Of a stretch of DNA of 64,000 nt, positions 1 to 12,599 are shown one piece after another (position 1 is the first letter of the stretch; the number at the start of each line of letters is the position of its first letter). Under the pieces are notes generated by a model. It did not search any database. It was not told where the DNA came from and saw only the letters and a program-made list of their open reading frames with translations. The translations under genes and the position numbers were made by a program. Source of the stretch: Octopus sinensis. Lineage: Eukaryota. The stretch covers positions 65,472,001 through 65,536,000 of the forward strand of contig NC_043001.1 in assembly GCF_006345805.1 (NCBI RefSeq). The letters run 5' to 3'.

Positions 1-930
1 TTTAACAAAAGCCTTCGACACTATTAATAGGACCGTTCTCTGGACCATTCTTGGTAAATTTGGATGTCCACCTCAATTTGTAAACTTGTTTAAGCAACTT
101 CATAGTGATATGAAAGCTCATCTTAACTTCAATGGGTCAACGGAGTCAAACAATGTGATATTGCTGCTCCAACACTATTTTCCATATATTTTGTAGTAAC
201 TATCTTGCATGCTTTCCAAGACTATGATATCGGCGACTATATTCGTTTCAGAACCAAAGGTAAGGAGGTCTTTGATGTTAAACGCTTTGATACAAAGTCG
301 AAGACATTCCAGGCCCTTGTTCGAGAGCTCCTTTATGATGATGATGTAGCTCTCGTTGCTCACATCGAGGAGGACACAGAAGCTGTATTGGATCTCTTCT
401 CTAGAGCTTGTTTTGCTTTTGGACTTACCACCAGTCTAAAGAAAACAACCATCATGTTCTCTAAGCCACCAACCCAACCCTATGTGGAACCTAACACCTT
501 TGTCCACCTTCAAAACCAAGCTTAGTATCTATGAATCTTGTATTTTAACGGGCCTCCTGTACTCTTCTGATACCTGAACGACATACTGTCGCCACATCAA
601 GGCTTTTGAAAGATTTCATCAAACTTAGGAGGATACTAGACATCAAATAGAAGTCTTTAACACCAGACACCGTTGTTCTTCAGCAAGCTAACACATCCAG
701 TATTGAAATAATCCTCATATGCAATCAGATGCGTTGGGTTGGACACCTTGCTAGGATGCAGGATGACAGACTACGAAAGCAATTTTTTTTTACGGGGAGT
801 TGCAGCGTGGCAAACGTCCGAGACATAAACCTAAGAAACGTTTTAGGGATGTTATCAAAAGTAACCTTAAGTCTCTTAATGTGAAAGTTGAAGACTAGGA
901 GCAGATGATGCAAAATCGATCGGTTGGAAA
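1..930 (+). mobile_element. Degraded RTE-clade LINE, RT domain to C-terminus (5' end outside window)
   Basis: Translates to LTKAFDTINRTVLWTILGKFGCPPQFV..., VRELLYDDDVALVAH (YADD-equivalent) and RWVGHLARMQDDRL...FYGELQRGKRPRHKPKKRFRDVIK, typical RTE ORF motifs. Frameshifts, stops and an internal deletion are present. Confidence 0.85.
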
Positions 931-948
931 CAAATGATCTACATGTAT

Positions 949-1340
949 GTATTGTTGTAATACATACATACATACAAGCATACGTAATGATAATAATAAT
1001 AAGTGGATGTAAACACATGAACAAAATAAGAATAAACAAAAATAACAACAAAAACAAATTACATGAACAAATTACAGAAGATACAAATATTACAGGCATC
1101 CCCCCCACACACTAACTAAACATAGACGCACATAGAGATATAAGCATGCGCAAATGAAGACATACAATAGAAATACAAAATGGCTGACGGTTAGTAAGGA
1201 GAGACACATAAATAAGAAAGAAGAAAACAAAGGACCACTGATGCGGTCACAGGAGTGTGACGAAAGAACTCTGGCCGAAATAAGTTTAAGATTAATGTAA
1301 AAAATGAATAACACTGAAGCAAAATAACATCAAATATATA
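949..1340 (+). mobile_element. Non-autonomous dispersed repeat carrying a hammerhead-like motif; second copy starts at 63897
   Basis: 949-1050 matches 63897-64000 almost exactly but with different upstream flanks; contains the HHR-like fold at 1232-1276. Right boundary is approximate. Confidence 0.5.
1232..1276 (+). ncRNA. Type I minimal hammerhead-ribozyme-like motif (variant core)
   Basis: CCA-CTGATG-CG-[GTCACA GGAG TGTGAC]-GAA-[AG AA CT]-C-TGG: stem I cca/tgg, perfect 6-bp stem II, short stem III, CUC triplet. Core is CUGAUGC rather than CUGANGA. Confidence 0.55.
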
Positions 1341-1972
1341 GTGCGTGTGTTTTTATTGGCTAAACTGGCAAAATGACCATTCCGAAATATAACAATATCT
1401 GTTTCAACACACGACTTCAAATAAAAAAATCTTGTACAACAAATATATAGAATGCAATAAATTTAGTATTAATCTAGTGTAGTATAATTTTTTGTAATCG
1501 TAGCTCTCTCTCTCTCTATCATTCTCTCTCTTTCTCTGTTACACACACACACGCACACACACTCACGCACACACGCGCACACAGACACACACATACCCCC
1601 CCTCTCTCTCTCTGCCTCCTCCGTCTTTTTACTATCATCATTATTTTTACCTTCTGAATAATCACTGATGTTGCTGTCATAAGGAAGATTAAGATAATTA
1701 CTGTTTGAATTCAAGCAAATAATATTTATTTTTGTTGATTGTGATACATTTTGTTAGGTTGGTGGAGTTTTAAAATAGCTAGCACTAGTTTAGGTTAAAG
1801 AGGAGGGTACGGAATTAGAGGGAAAATTATAAAAAATTTAATTTTGGGGGAAAAAAGTGTTCACAATCGTAATCTCCATTATATGAGACACTCCCCACCC
1901 ACCATGAGGTATTGATAGCTAATTCAAAACTCGTCCTTTAGCTTATAAAAAGTGAATGATAAAATGAAGTAC

Positions 1973-2178
1973 CTTTGCTGCAACACCAAGATCAACCATC
2001 AGCCATTCAGATGGTGACTTGTATTTCGCACACCATCCATATTTATTCGGCATGTAAACACGTCCATATTTTTCGTGGCAGTATTTGTCCCACACCTGAG
2101 GATAACTGTTTGAACTCTTGATTTGGAAATCTTTTATAGTACCAGTAGTCATGCCAAGAGGTCCGTCCATAGTACATA
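1973..2178 (-). CDS. Internal coding exon of a lactadherin-like / F5/8 type C (discoidin) domain protein
   Basis: Pyrimidine tract plus cag acceptor (ttttattttccag) and AAG|gtac donor. The 206-bp phase 1 to phase 0 exon reads xCTMDGPLGMTTGTIKDFQIKSSNSYPQVWDKYCHEKYGRVYMPNKYGWCAKYKSPSEWLMVDLGVAAK, with the discoidin hallmarks C..PLGM, I..SS, GWCA and WL.VDLG. Confidence 0.9.
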
Positions 2179-3167
2179 CTGGAAAATAAAAGTAAATGAT
2201 ATATCAATAAATATTTTCTATTTGTTGCGCTCAAGAAAAGGTTATATTGTAACTTTGAGAAGCATTATCATTAAGAAGCATTATCAGAAATATCCAGTAT
2301 AAATATCAAATTATTGGAAGAAAAATACAGCTTAAGTCTAAGGTAAAAATTAACAATATATATATATGTATAATGGGAGAGAAATATTAAAATTAACTAA
2401 TAATATATATATGCGTAGCAAGAGACTATTACTAAAGTTAACTAACAGAACTATTTAAGCTACTAATATATATCTTTCAGAATAAAAAATTATTAAAGTT
2501 AGCTAATAATATATATGCCGTGAGATTAAGAAAAAGAAAATAACGATATACATCAACGGTTTATTTGGATTTCTAGAATCCGTAGGGAGTCGAAGAAAAG
2601 AAACTTATAAAAGACATGAATGTAAAAGATGCTTCCCTTTTAACATATGATAGCATACTATGCTATTAGCTGAAGTTTATTTATTTTGTTATCAATGTAC
2701 CTATATTATAAGGTTTCAAAGAGCTGATTGCTGTCGCTTGGTGACAGCACTGTATCTATGTTTTATATGGATTATCAAATCCTTTTCTTTCTCGTTGTAC
2801 TCGGGATGTAGATACAGAGAAAATTGCTTAATTTAATCGCAGTTAATGTTAACAAATGGTTATTGTGATCAAAGTTAGTGTGTTCCAAACTATTTAAAGC
2901 GAATTACATTGAAACAGCATTCGCTGTTTGCTGATGTGTGTAAAGTTTGAAACGCATGCGTCCTGTAACGTCATTCACAGCCCAATGTGTTTCACACATG
3001 TCGTCTCGGAGGAAAATTTTCTCCGGGGGCTATTTTGACTGAGGAAGGTCTTACCACATCTAAGTATGCTCGAGCATGTTAAATAAGATTTAACACGAGT
3101 ATATTATATTCAACACTGCTTCGTGCAACTTGAATTCTAGCTTATAAGAATCAAAGCTCCAGATATT

Positions 3168-3583
3168 TATTTCTTTATGGACTACAAGGGGCTAAACATA
3201 GAGGAGACAAACAAGGACAGACAAAGGGATTAAATCGATTACATTGACCCCCAGTGCGTAGCTGATACTTATTTAATCGACCCCGAAAGGATGAAAGGTA
3301 AAGTCGACCTCGGCGGAATTTGAATTCAGAACGTAACGGCAGACGAAATACCTATTTCTTTACTACCCACAAGGGGCTAAACACAGAGAGACAAACAAGG
3401 ACAGACAAAGGGATTAAGTCGATTATATCGACCCCAGTGCGCAAATGGTACTTATTTAATCGACCCCGAAAGGATGAAAGGCAAAGTCGACCTCGGCGGA
3501 ATTTGAACTCAGAATGTAACGGCAGACGAAATACGGCTACGCATTTCGCCCGGCGTGCTAACGATTCTGCCAGTTAGCCACCC
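3168..3583 (-). mobile_element. tRNA-derived SINE family B, head plus two bodies, 17-bp TSD
   Basis: A-box-like GGCAGAATCGTTAGC and B-box-like GAGTTCAAATTCC; the body repeats after the junction AAAGAAATA-GGTATTTCGTCT; flanking direct repeat TCAAAGCTCCAGATATT at 3151-3167 and 3584-3600. Confidence 0.85.
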
Positions 3584-4009
3584 TCAAAGCTCCAGATATT
3601 ATTATCAAAATTTTCAAATAAACCACTACTCAACCATATGGTAACGATGATGGTGAGGTGATGGTTGTGAAGTTACTGCCGGTGGTGGCAGTGAAGATAC
3701 TGAGTGTCAAATTTGAACTGGCTGGCTGATGGCATTTTGTATATTTCTATGTACATATAATGAGAAAGCCGTTTATTATAATTACCGATAATATTACCAA
3801 ATCGTCATTGCTATCCAAATTAGAGAATCTTTAAAGGAATTTAAAGTTACCCACTTATTAGCATCGAAGCATGAAATATTGTTATATCCTTTGCTTAATT
3901 ATATCAGCCGGTTATTGCTATCAAAAAGCTTCTTCCGAGAGTGATTACAATAAACAAGCTTACATTGTGTGAAAGTAATATTCAGGAGGCCATTTGGTGT
4001 AGAATGCAT

Positions 4010-4530
4010 GCATACACACGAACACACACACACACATACACACATACATACACACACACACTCTCACACTCATACACACACACAAACGCATACACGCTCA
4101 CACAACCACGAACGCTGACATACGCCCACTCACGAGCGGCACATGCACACACACATACATACACGCACAGGCACACGCACTTACAAGCACATGTTGACAG
4201 AAACACGTATAAGTACATATGCTTATACAAACATAAACACACACTCGCACACACACATACACACCTACGAACACATATACACACATTTAGCGTTGTTCAT
4301 AGACATCAGACGTACACTACCAGCATCTACACAGGTCTTTACAGCTACAACGACAACGACGACGGCGACCCTCCCCCGCCCACCACAACCACCATCACCA
4401 CCATCACCACCACAGCCACCACCACCACAACTATTATCATCAGTACCACGACTATCGAAACCATCACCACCATGACCTTCACAGCGACCTTTATCACCAC
4501 CATCACTACAATCACCGCCACCACCACCCA
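4010..4530. repeat. Degenerate (CA)n followed by (CAC/ACC)n low-complexity tract
   Basis: Direct reading; explains the His/Thr- and Gly/Val-rich pseudo-ORFs. Confidence 0.85.
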
Positions 4531-4832
4531 GTATTTCATTCAGCTTCAGTGAAGTCAGCATCGTGCATACTCCCTAAGGTAATATTGTTTAGACATTAGT
4601 CGATGTCAGCTAATCATATAGAGACTGAGTAATAATTATAAAATATAGATGACCTAACACAGCACAAAACCATATGAATTTAATTAATTCTATAACAGAA
4701 TATATATTTAGTTTTAAAATAATAGAAAATATTAGTTGACAGATCCATATGTTCTCTGCAGGCGTTTTATATATGCATATATGCATATGTATGTATATAT
4801 ATATATGTATATGTATATATATATGTGTATAT

Positions 4833-4994
<162 letters not shown>

Positions 4995-5219
4995 ATGTAA
5001 ATATTTACATACATACATGCATACATGTATGTATGTATTACACACATTTATATTTTCTGTGTTACATTATTGTTCTGCAAAGCACATATGCCCCAGTTTC
5101 CAGGTCTGGAAAACAGTAGCATTCAACGATATACATATCCAACTGTGCAGCTCTGTCTACTATCACAATCCAGTCAAGTTACTGAGGTCTGTATCCACCC
5201 TTTCCCTAAAAAAAAAGGG

Positions 5220-5930
5220 TGAATTGAGTTTAAAGCAGACTTACGACGTTAATACAATATCAGAAACTACAGCTAACATCTATGATATAATGACAGATAA
5301 TAGTAACCACTTGGGATTAAAGATTGTATTAGTCACATAAGTGAATTTCTGAATTTCCAGAAACAACAGTAAGAAATTATGGCGACTGATTTTTGCTAAA
5401 ATCAGATACAATTACGGGAATCACCACCCTGCATCACAGTCTAGAAGATGCTACAGGAGCAATGGTCTTTTGAATAATGGTAGAAAAACGGGGTCCATCA
5501 GATGCAACATAAAAGGTGCCATCACTTCATTGACTGGAAACTCAATAAACCCAGTAAATTCTTTCACCTACATCGAAACCAACATAATAGCCAGAGTCAG
5601 TTGTTTATATACATTAATTAAATTTGAGCGAAATTTAAAAGTTTTAGAGTAATAATGGAAATAAAAGTCTTCAGAGAATTTGTAAAAGAACTTCTTGTAG
5701 GAAGTGTTTGAAATTGTGTTAGTTTATGGCTCTTCTACCTGGAGACTAACAAAAAGTCTTGACATTATGCTGAATGACACCTCTACACACGTTTCATTCT
5801 ATTTTCAATGTGGCCTGGGAAGAACACTCCACAAAGAAAGAATATACAATAAGCTTCCTGAAGTATCAGACATCATACAGAAAGACACAGATAAATTTAC
5901 TGGACACTGAATTAAGGAGAAGGTTGTTAA
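5220..5930 (+). mobile_element. Highly degraded RTE-like LINE fragment (RT thumb / C-terminal region)
   Basis: [17 protein letters not shown] resembles xLExVxxFxYLGSxI, and IVLVYGSSTWRLTKSL resembles VLLYGSETWTLTK; many stops. Confidence 0.55.
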
Positions 5931-6082
5931 TAGACGACACTAGATGTCACTGAGGAACTGTCACATAACATGGACAATAGAGAAGGGTAGAGTATCAGAG
6001 CGATGGCTGCCCTAGCAAGCTCGACCTGAAACTCATATATATGCAATACATACATACATACATACATACATACATACATACA

Positions 6083-6116
<34 letters not shown>

Positions 6117-6390
6117 CATACATAAATACATACATACATACATGCATACATATATACATAAATACATGCATACATACATACATACATACATACATACATA
6201 CATACATACATACATACACACACACACATGTATATATATATAGGGAGAGTTTACGAAGAAAACAAAAGACGAAGACAGGTGGTGTACAAAACAAACAGAT
6301 GTATTAGTATAACGCTCAGGAATAGAAAAAGTATTTTACATTTCGAGCCTACGCTCTTCTACAGAAAGGGACACAGAAAAAACAAGGAGA
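5560..6390 (+). repeat. Left arm of an ~800-bp inverted duplication (partner 14065-14846)
   Basis: Near-identical reverse complement covering the RTE fragment, the (TACA)n tract and the HHR-bearing element. Confidence 0.9.
6334..6367 (-). ncRNA. Hammerhead-like motif (variant CUGUAGA core)
   Basis: Minus strand TTT-CTGTAGA-A-[GAGC GTAG GCTC]-GAA-ATGT-A-AAA; A6 is replaced by U, so activity is doubtful. Confidence 0.45.
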
Positions 6391-6524
6391 GAGACAAGGA
6401 AGGAAAAAAAAATATATATATTAATAGTAATGGTAAGACAACAAAAGAATAAAAACGATCTCGATATTATGTAAATAGAGGAATTTATCTGTAACATAAT
6501 ACGTGACAATTATTGGGTTACCAT

Positions 6525-6585
6525 AATAAAACTCCGAATTTCGGATGTCGGGGCGGAAACCTGCACCGGCATTTCTTCAGTTATT
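6525..6585 (-). ncRNA. Type I hammerhead-like motif with long stem II
   Basis: AATAA-CTGAAGA-[AATGCCGG...CCGACATCC]-GAA-[ATTC G GAGT]-T-TTATT: 5-bp stem I, intact core, GUU triplet, mismatched stem II. Confidence 0.6.
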
Positions 6586-8688
6586 GAGGCAATCAAAGTA
6601 TGCTATGAAAATGACCGTTAAATAAGGAAAAAACCGGAGGGAAGTAAAAAGTAAAAGAGTAAAAATGCTAATAGCAATCGTGTATGCGCGCATGTACAAA
6701 CATATACATGCGCTCACGCACACCCACGTACATACATACATACATGCATGCATACATATATATGCATATGCTCACTCACACTCACGCAGAACACTCGCAT
6801 GTACACCCACGTGTCTATGCAACCATACACATGTACATATACATATATACATGTACATATATACATACCCACACACACGCACACACGTGCGCATAAAAAG
6901 TTCATATACACGTCTATATACGCACATGCGCAAGATAAATTCAGGGTGAAAGGTAAAATACAGAAAAAATGTGTAAAAATTTATAAAGCAATAAAAATAT
7001 ATCTCAATTAATATGTAAAAAAATGTCTATCCATCAGTGCTAAGAAATACTTACCTATATTAAAGGTCACTTCGGGGGACTAGGGGCGTGTGAACCTGAT
7101 GGTTTTCCTATTCTTATGTTTTCTTTTCTTTATTATTGGACTGGTGACAGGAGTATTGGCAATTTTCCAGTCAACCATAGTTACAGAAAGCTCTTCAATA
7201 GACATAACTTAAAAATCAGTTTCAGCTCAACTACCAATTTAAAAAATATAATCGCACACAACACGCTAAAACCACAAAATGAAACCAGCTGTTCATGCAG
7301 GGATAAAAATTTGTGCCCGCTAAATGGTGCTTGCATGTACGAGACCATCATTTATGAAGGCACCGTAGACTCTACAACCACTAAGGACACAGATTCGACA
7401 AAGAAATATGTGGGCCTTCCAGAGGGTAATTTTAAGGCCAGTTCAACAATCACACCTTGAGCTTCAGGCATTGGGATAAAAGGAAAAGGACCAAATTATC
7501 TAGTCACATCACCCATTGGAAGATCTTAGCCAAGTGTAAACCTTACACCAACGGCAGTGGAAAGTGTGGTTTTTGTGATTTGGAAAAGCAGCTTAGACCC
7601 CCACTACATGTCTAAATTCAAGAACTGAACTTTTTGGATCATGTCCAGATATGGCTAAACATTTGTTACGTTTTTGGTCCCCCCAAGATCACAGATACAA
7701 CTTGCTTTTTATATAGTGTCCACGTACAAGCTTTTTGTCTCTCTATATTTTATATATATATATATTTTTTAACACACATATATATATATATTTAACATAT
7801 TTTTCTGTATTTTACCTTTCACCCTGCATTTTTCTTGTGCATGTGCGTATATAAACGTGTATATGAACTTTTGTGCGCGCGCGTGTGTGAGTGTGCCTGT
7901 GTGCGGGTATGCATATATATACATGTATATGTACATGTGTATTGTTGCATATATATATGTGGGTGTACATGCAAGTGTTTCACGCGAGTGTGAGTGAGCA
8001 TATGCATATATAACATGTACGTATTTTAGACGAGCATTTGAATATAACTGTGCGCGTATGGGTATGTGTACGTGTGTGTGTGTGTGTGTATGTGTGTGTA
8101 CGTGCGCATGTGCGGATAAACATATGTATAAATCGTGTGTGTGTATGTGCGTGTGTGTGGGTATGTATATATGTACATGTGTGCGGGTATGTATATATGT
8201 ACATGTGTATGGTTGCATATATGTGTGGGTGTACATGCATGTGTTTCACGCGAGTGTGAGTGAGCATATAGCATGAGCGTATTTTTAGACGTGTATTTGA
8301 ATATAACTACGCGTACGGGTATGCGCAAGTGCGTGTGTGTGCTCACGCGTGTGTGGATATGTATATGTGTACATGCTTGGTTGCATATATATGTGCATCT
8401 ATTGGCATATGTGTGGGTGCGCATGTGTGTGTTTCAACAAGTCTGAATGAGCATATGCATATAGGCACATGTACGTGAGAGTGCGTGCGCGCATGTGTAT
8501 GTGTGTACTTGCTCGCATACGCGATTGCTATGAGCATTTTTACTCTTTTACTTTTTACTTCCCCACTTCGGTTTTTTCCCCTTATTTTAACGGTCATTCT
8601 GATAGCACTTTTGTCTTAATAACGGTCACTTACATAGTAATTTCACTTTGTTTAACGGTCATTTTCATGGCATATTTTGATTATCTCG

Positions 8689-8748
8689 ATAACTGAAGAG
8701 AGGTCGGTGCAGGTTTCCGCCCCGACATCCGGAACTCGGAGTTATATT
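8689..8748 (+). ncRNA. Paralogous hammerhead-like motif, GAA mutated to GGA
   Basis: ATAA-CTGAAGA-GAGGTCGG...CCGACATCC-GGA-ACTCGGAGT-T; same family as 6525-6585. Confidence 0.5.
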
Positions 8749-8789
8749 ATGGTAACCGAATAATTATCACATATGTTACAGACATATAT

Positions 8790-9335
8790 ATATATAATCG
8801 TTTATCTTTTATGGGTTTCAGCCAGCTCTGAGGCCATGATGGTGCACCACCTTTATTGCGCCCGGGGACTTTTCCAGTATTGCTTCTAGTGGAGTAACGA
8901 GTTGGACGTTGCTCTTCTTCTTTGTATCTTCTGCCACGATGTGGGTTATTTGAAATTGCAGATAAAGAACTGTCTATACGTTTTTTGAAGATCCCCGATG
9001 TTCTGTGGTTGGGCATTAAAACGTTGTGGTCCCTTGAATCCCAAGCTATTACAATATTGGGTTCGTATCCTCGATGGAGAAGATGAGAACTTTGGTACTG
9101 TGCAATGCCGTCCAGTTCGGGGATTGTCGTAGATTTCAATTCCGAAATTTGGAGCTAGACCCTCCATTATTTTCCACATGTATAGCATTGTATATCTCTC
9201 ACGTCTCCTCCCCAGGAAGTAGAATCCCAGTTCCCTGAATCTCTCCCAGTAGCCCATGTGTTTTACTGAGTTTTATCTTCTTTGTGAAGTGGCGTTGGAT
9301 CGCTTCTAGTTCTGCAATTAGTTTTACATCTCTGC
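8790..9335 (-). mobile_element. CR1/L2-group LINE 3' end, degraded
   Basis: LEAIQRHFTKKI...YWERFRELGFY.L.RRRERY..LYMWKIMEGLAPNFGI...RIRTQYCNSLGFKGPQRFN, the typical post-RT C-terminus. Confidence 0.75.
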
Positions 9336-9752
9336 AGCAAAGGTATTCTCTTTTCCCTTCTCTCTCTCTCTGCCGCACACACACCCACACACACACACAC
9401 ACACATACACACACACACACACACACACGCACACACACGCACACACACATTCACACATACATATAACCCTAGACCATATTTGATCGGATTTAAAAAGCCA
9501 GATTAATCTTTGCGAACTGTAGGAATAAGGAATAACTGAACAAACTATTATTGTTAAAAATATCTACTACAATAATACTCTTCTGTTTTTCTCCGTCACA
9601 ACATAAGAATGAGAAAAGAGGGGTGGTAGATGAATAAAGAAGGGGTGATGATAAATTTGGTAGTGGGATGATGGAAATCCTACGGTGAAAAATATCAAAC
9701 AGCGTTTCAACTTTGAGTATATGTGTGTGTATGTAAAAGGGAGGTAGGTGAA

Positions 9753-9791
<39 letters not shown>

Positions 9792-9921
9792 TGTGTGTGT
9801 GTGTGCAATGGAAGTGGGATGGTGAATAGTCAACGCTGAGTATATGTGTATGTGTGAGTATGTGTGTGTATGTGTGTGCGTATACAAGGGGAGTATGTGT
9901 ATGCTTGTATGTGTGAGTATC

Positions 9922-10930
9922 AGCGTTCTTTCACCAACAGATGATGATCGATGTCACATCTCAAGACAACCACTAGATAACATTGTCAAGTGTATTAATT
10001 TGATTTACCATCCATATCTGTTTTTTAAAAATAAGTATTACAATCACACACACCTACACAAACATACATATGGCGCAGGAGTGGCTGTGTGGTAAGTAGC
10101 TTGCTAACCAACCACATGGTTGCGGGTTCAGTCCCACTGCGTGGCATCTTGGGCAAGTGTCTTCTGCTATAGCCCCGGGCCGACCAATGCCTTGTGAGTG
10201 GATTTGGTAGACGGAAACTGAAAGAAGCCTGTCGTATATATGTATATATATATATATATATATGTGTGTATGTGTGTCTGTGTTTGTCCCCCTAGCATTG
10301 CTTGACAACCGATGCTGGTGTGTTTACGTCCCCGTAACTTAGCGGTTCGGCAAAAGAGACCGATAGAATAAGTACTGGGCTTACAAAGAATAAGTCCCGG
10401 GGTCGATTTGCTCGACTAAAGGCGGTGCTCCAGCATGGCCGCAGTCAAATGACTGAAACAAGTAAAAGAGTAAAGAGTATATACAAACTCATTAGAGAAA
10501 ATAATTATTGCCTCAGTGTATCAAGAATATAAAGCAATTGTGGTTGAAAGGGATATTATAAATACACATCTTAATTTAACAGTTTATACATGTTCTTAAT
10601 TTATTTATATTAAGAAATTTTTACCCAATGTTCTTTCAGCAACTATACATAAACTAACCAGCGTTCTTTCAGTAATTAACGATGATCGATGACACATCTC
10701 AAGATACAACCACTAGATAACATTGTCAAGTGTACTAATTTGAATTACCATCCATATTCTATCTGTTGTGTTAAAAATAATTATTACAATCACACACACC
10801 TACACAAACATATACAATTATTGCCTTAGTGTATCAAGAATATAAAACCGCACCACTTGAAAAGTATATTATAAATACACATTTAACAGTTCATACATAT
10901 GTCTAATTTATTTATATTTATGAAATATAT
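9922..10930 (+). repeat. Tandem duplication of an ~290-bp unit; first copy split by a SINE A insertion
   Basis: 9922-10070 plus 10480-10620 aligns with 10660-10930 (e.g. CAACCACTAGATAACATTGTCAAGTGTA and ATTATTGCCT.AGTGTATCAAGAATATAAA). Confidence 0.7.
10072..10478 (+). mobile_element. tRNA-derived SINE family A, full length with internal (TA)/(TG) microsatellite
   Basis: A box TGGCTGTGTGGTAAG, B box GGTTCAGTCCC, CORE-like CTTGGGCAAGTGTCTT segment, 3' tail GAAACAAGTAAAAGAGTAAAGAG; many copies in the window. Confidence 0.85.
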
Positions 10931-12509
10931 ATCTATATAAGAAATATATATATAAGAAATTTATGTAATAAATTTTCGATAGGGAGTTTTTACAACATCA
11001 ACTATAAGTCACGGACTGCTTTTTGTGGCTTTAAGTCGTATGAGTTGAGGTTGGTTTCATTAATGACAAGCCCAATTGAAAGGAAATGATGCTTCGAAAA
11101 CGTTAGTATTTACTTACCAGCTCCGCTATTTAGTCATAGCCAGCTTTATATGGTCTTAAGTCGTACAAGAAGGAAGGAAAACTTTAAAATTACTTACAAA
11201 AAATTTGGTAATAAAAGTATCATTAAACTAAAAACTTCTTATTTATATATAAAATATTACTATTAGCTGTCATTTTTGATGGCACGGAGCCAGCTAGTCT
11301 TATAATAATTCGGCTTGCCATTGCGGTACTTAGCCCGTCGGTAATGCTTTCACGTGATTAGAGAAAAAGAGGGAGAAGAAAAGAGTGAGGGAGAAAAGAG
11401 TGAGGGAGAAAAAGATGGAGAGAGTAGCGCCCATGACGTGAGGTAGAGGAATTGTAATTGTAACGCTTTCACGTGAAGCGAAAGAACGGAGAAAGAAAAA
11501 GAAGATAAGAGTGAGACAGAAAAAGGGAGAAAAGACAGAAAGAGGGAAAAAGAAAAATAGGGAGAGAGAAGCGTCCATGATTTGAGGTGGGGGAATGTAA
11601 TATGTATTACGTGGTTAAAAAGTTAGTGGAAGGTAAAGGAGGAGAGTTAAAAATATAATTTTAGCAGAAGGGTGATGTTCTGTTAATGAAAGGCAGAAAG
11701 AGAGGAGAGAGAGAGAGAAAGAGAGAGAAAGAGATGAAGGAGAGAGAAGGGAGAGGGTGGAGGGAGAGAGATGGTGGTGGTGGAGATGAAGGTGGTGGTG
11801 ATGAAGGTGGTGGTGATGAAGGTGGTGGGGATAGAGGTGGTGGTGGAAGTATCCGTGGTGATTGGATAGTGAAAAGCGAATTTTAAAAAAATTGAACTGT
11901 TATCTATCACTTAACGCATGCGCATAAGTACAATTCCACGAAATATTCACGCCTATTTACGTGACAGATATATGCAATTTAACTAAAGGTTGTATCATAT
12001 GTACAGGATATTTTCTTTCTGTTTATGGGGAAAAGTAGAAAAATAAGAGGGAATAGTTATTGTATGAGAGCTGTATATTAAGTCTATAAAATTGCGCATA
12101 AAGTATATAAAGTGCATTAAGTAATCGTCGTATTTCAATTTCTTTCAGTTTTCAATAAGTAGTAGATGAGCGAAAATCTATTCATACAGACACACACAGG
12201 TTACGCTTTCAGGTGTTTGGGATAAAGTTTTCAGAAAAAAGCCAATAGCTTTATCATTAATTCCGTGAAATATTCACAGGCCCCTAGTTTATATTAATCT
12301 CATAAACGGCTTCCCTAAGCATTGATGCTCACTCTTAAACGCTGGTTGGAGAAGAAATAAAGCAAAGCTCGGGTAAGATATAAGAAAGTATATTGTGTTA
12401 GGCGAGATAGATTAATAAGATTGTTCAGCACAATACTTTAATTCATCCAAACAGATTGGCAGACCTTATATTGATTCAACAGATATACACATAAATATAT
12501 GTCTATACA

Positions 12510-12580
<71 letters not shown>

Positions 12581-12599
12581 TATATACTTTATTTTAAGC

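Larger units (their letters stand above)
6480..8790 (+). mobile_element. Penelope-like element remnant: GIY-YIG endonuclease fragment between inverted HHR-bearing pseudo-LTRs
   Basis: 7150-7600 encodes ...CSCRDKNLCPLNGAC...IIYEGTV...YVGLPEGNFK.FNNHTLSFRH...WKILAKCKPYTNGSGKCGFCDLEK (PLE endonuclease pattern, frameshifted). 6480-7000 is the reverse complement of 7790-8790 (which has an expanded GT-rich middle); each arm carries an HHR fold. Confidence 0.75.

Noticed and set aside
10072-10150. tRNA genes at the SINE A and SINE B heads
   Set aside because: A and B boxes are present, but no complete cloverleaf was seen and each continues into a SINE body and tail.
11340-11880. Purine-rich tandem unit with CACGTG E-boxes and a Gly-rich ORF
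   Set aside because: Low-complexity two-copy repeat; the motif occurrence is not evidence of regulation or coding.
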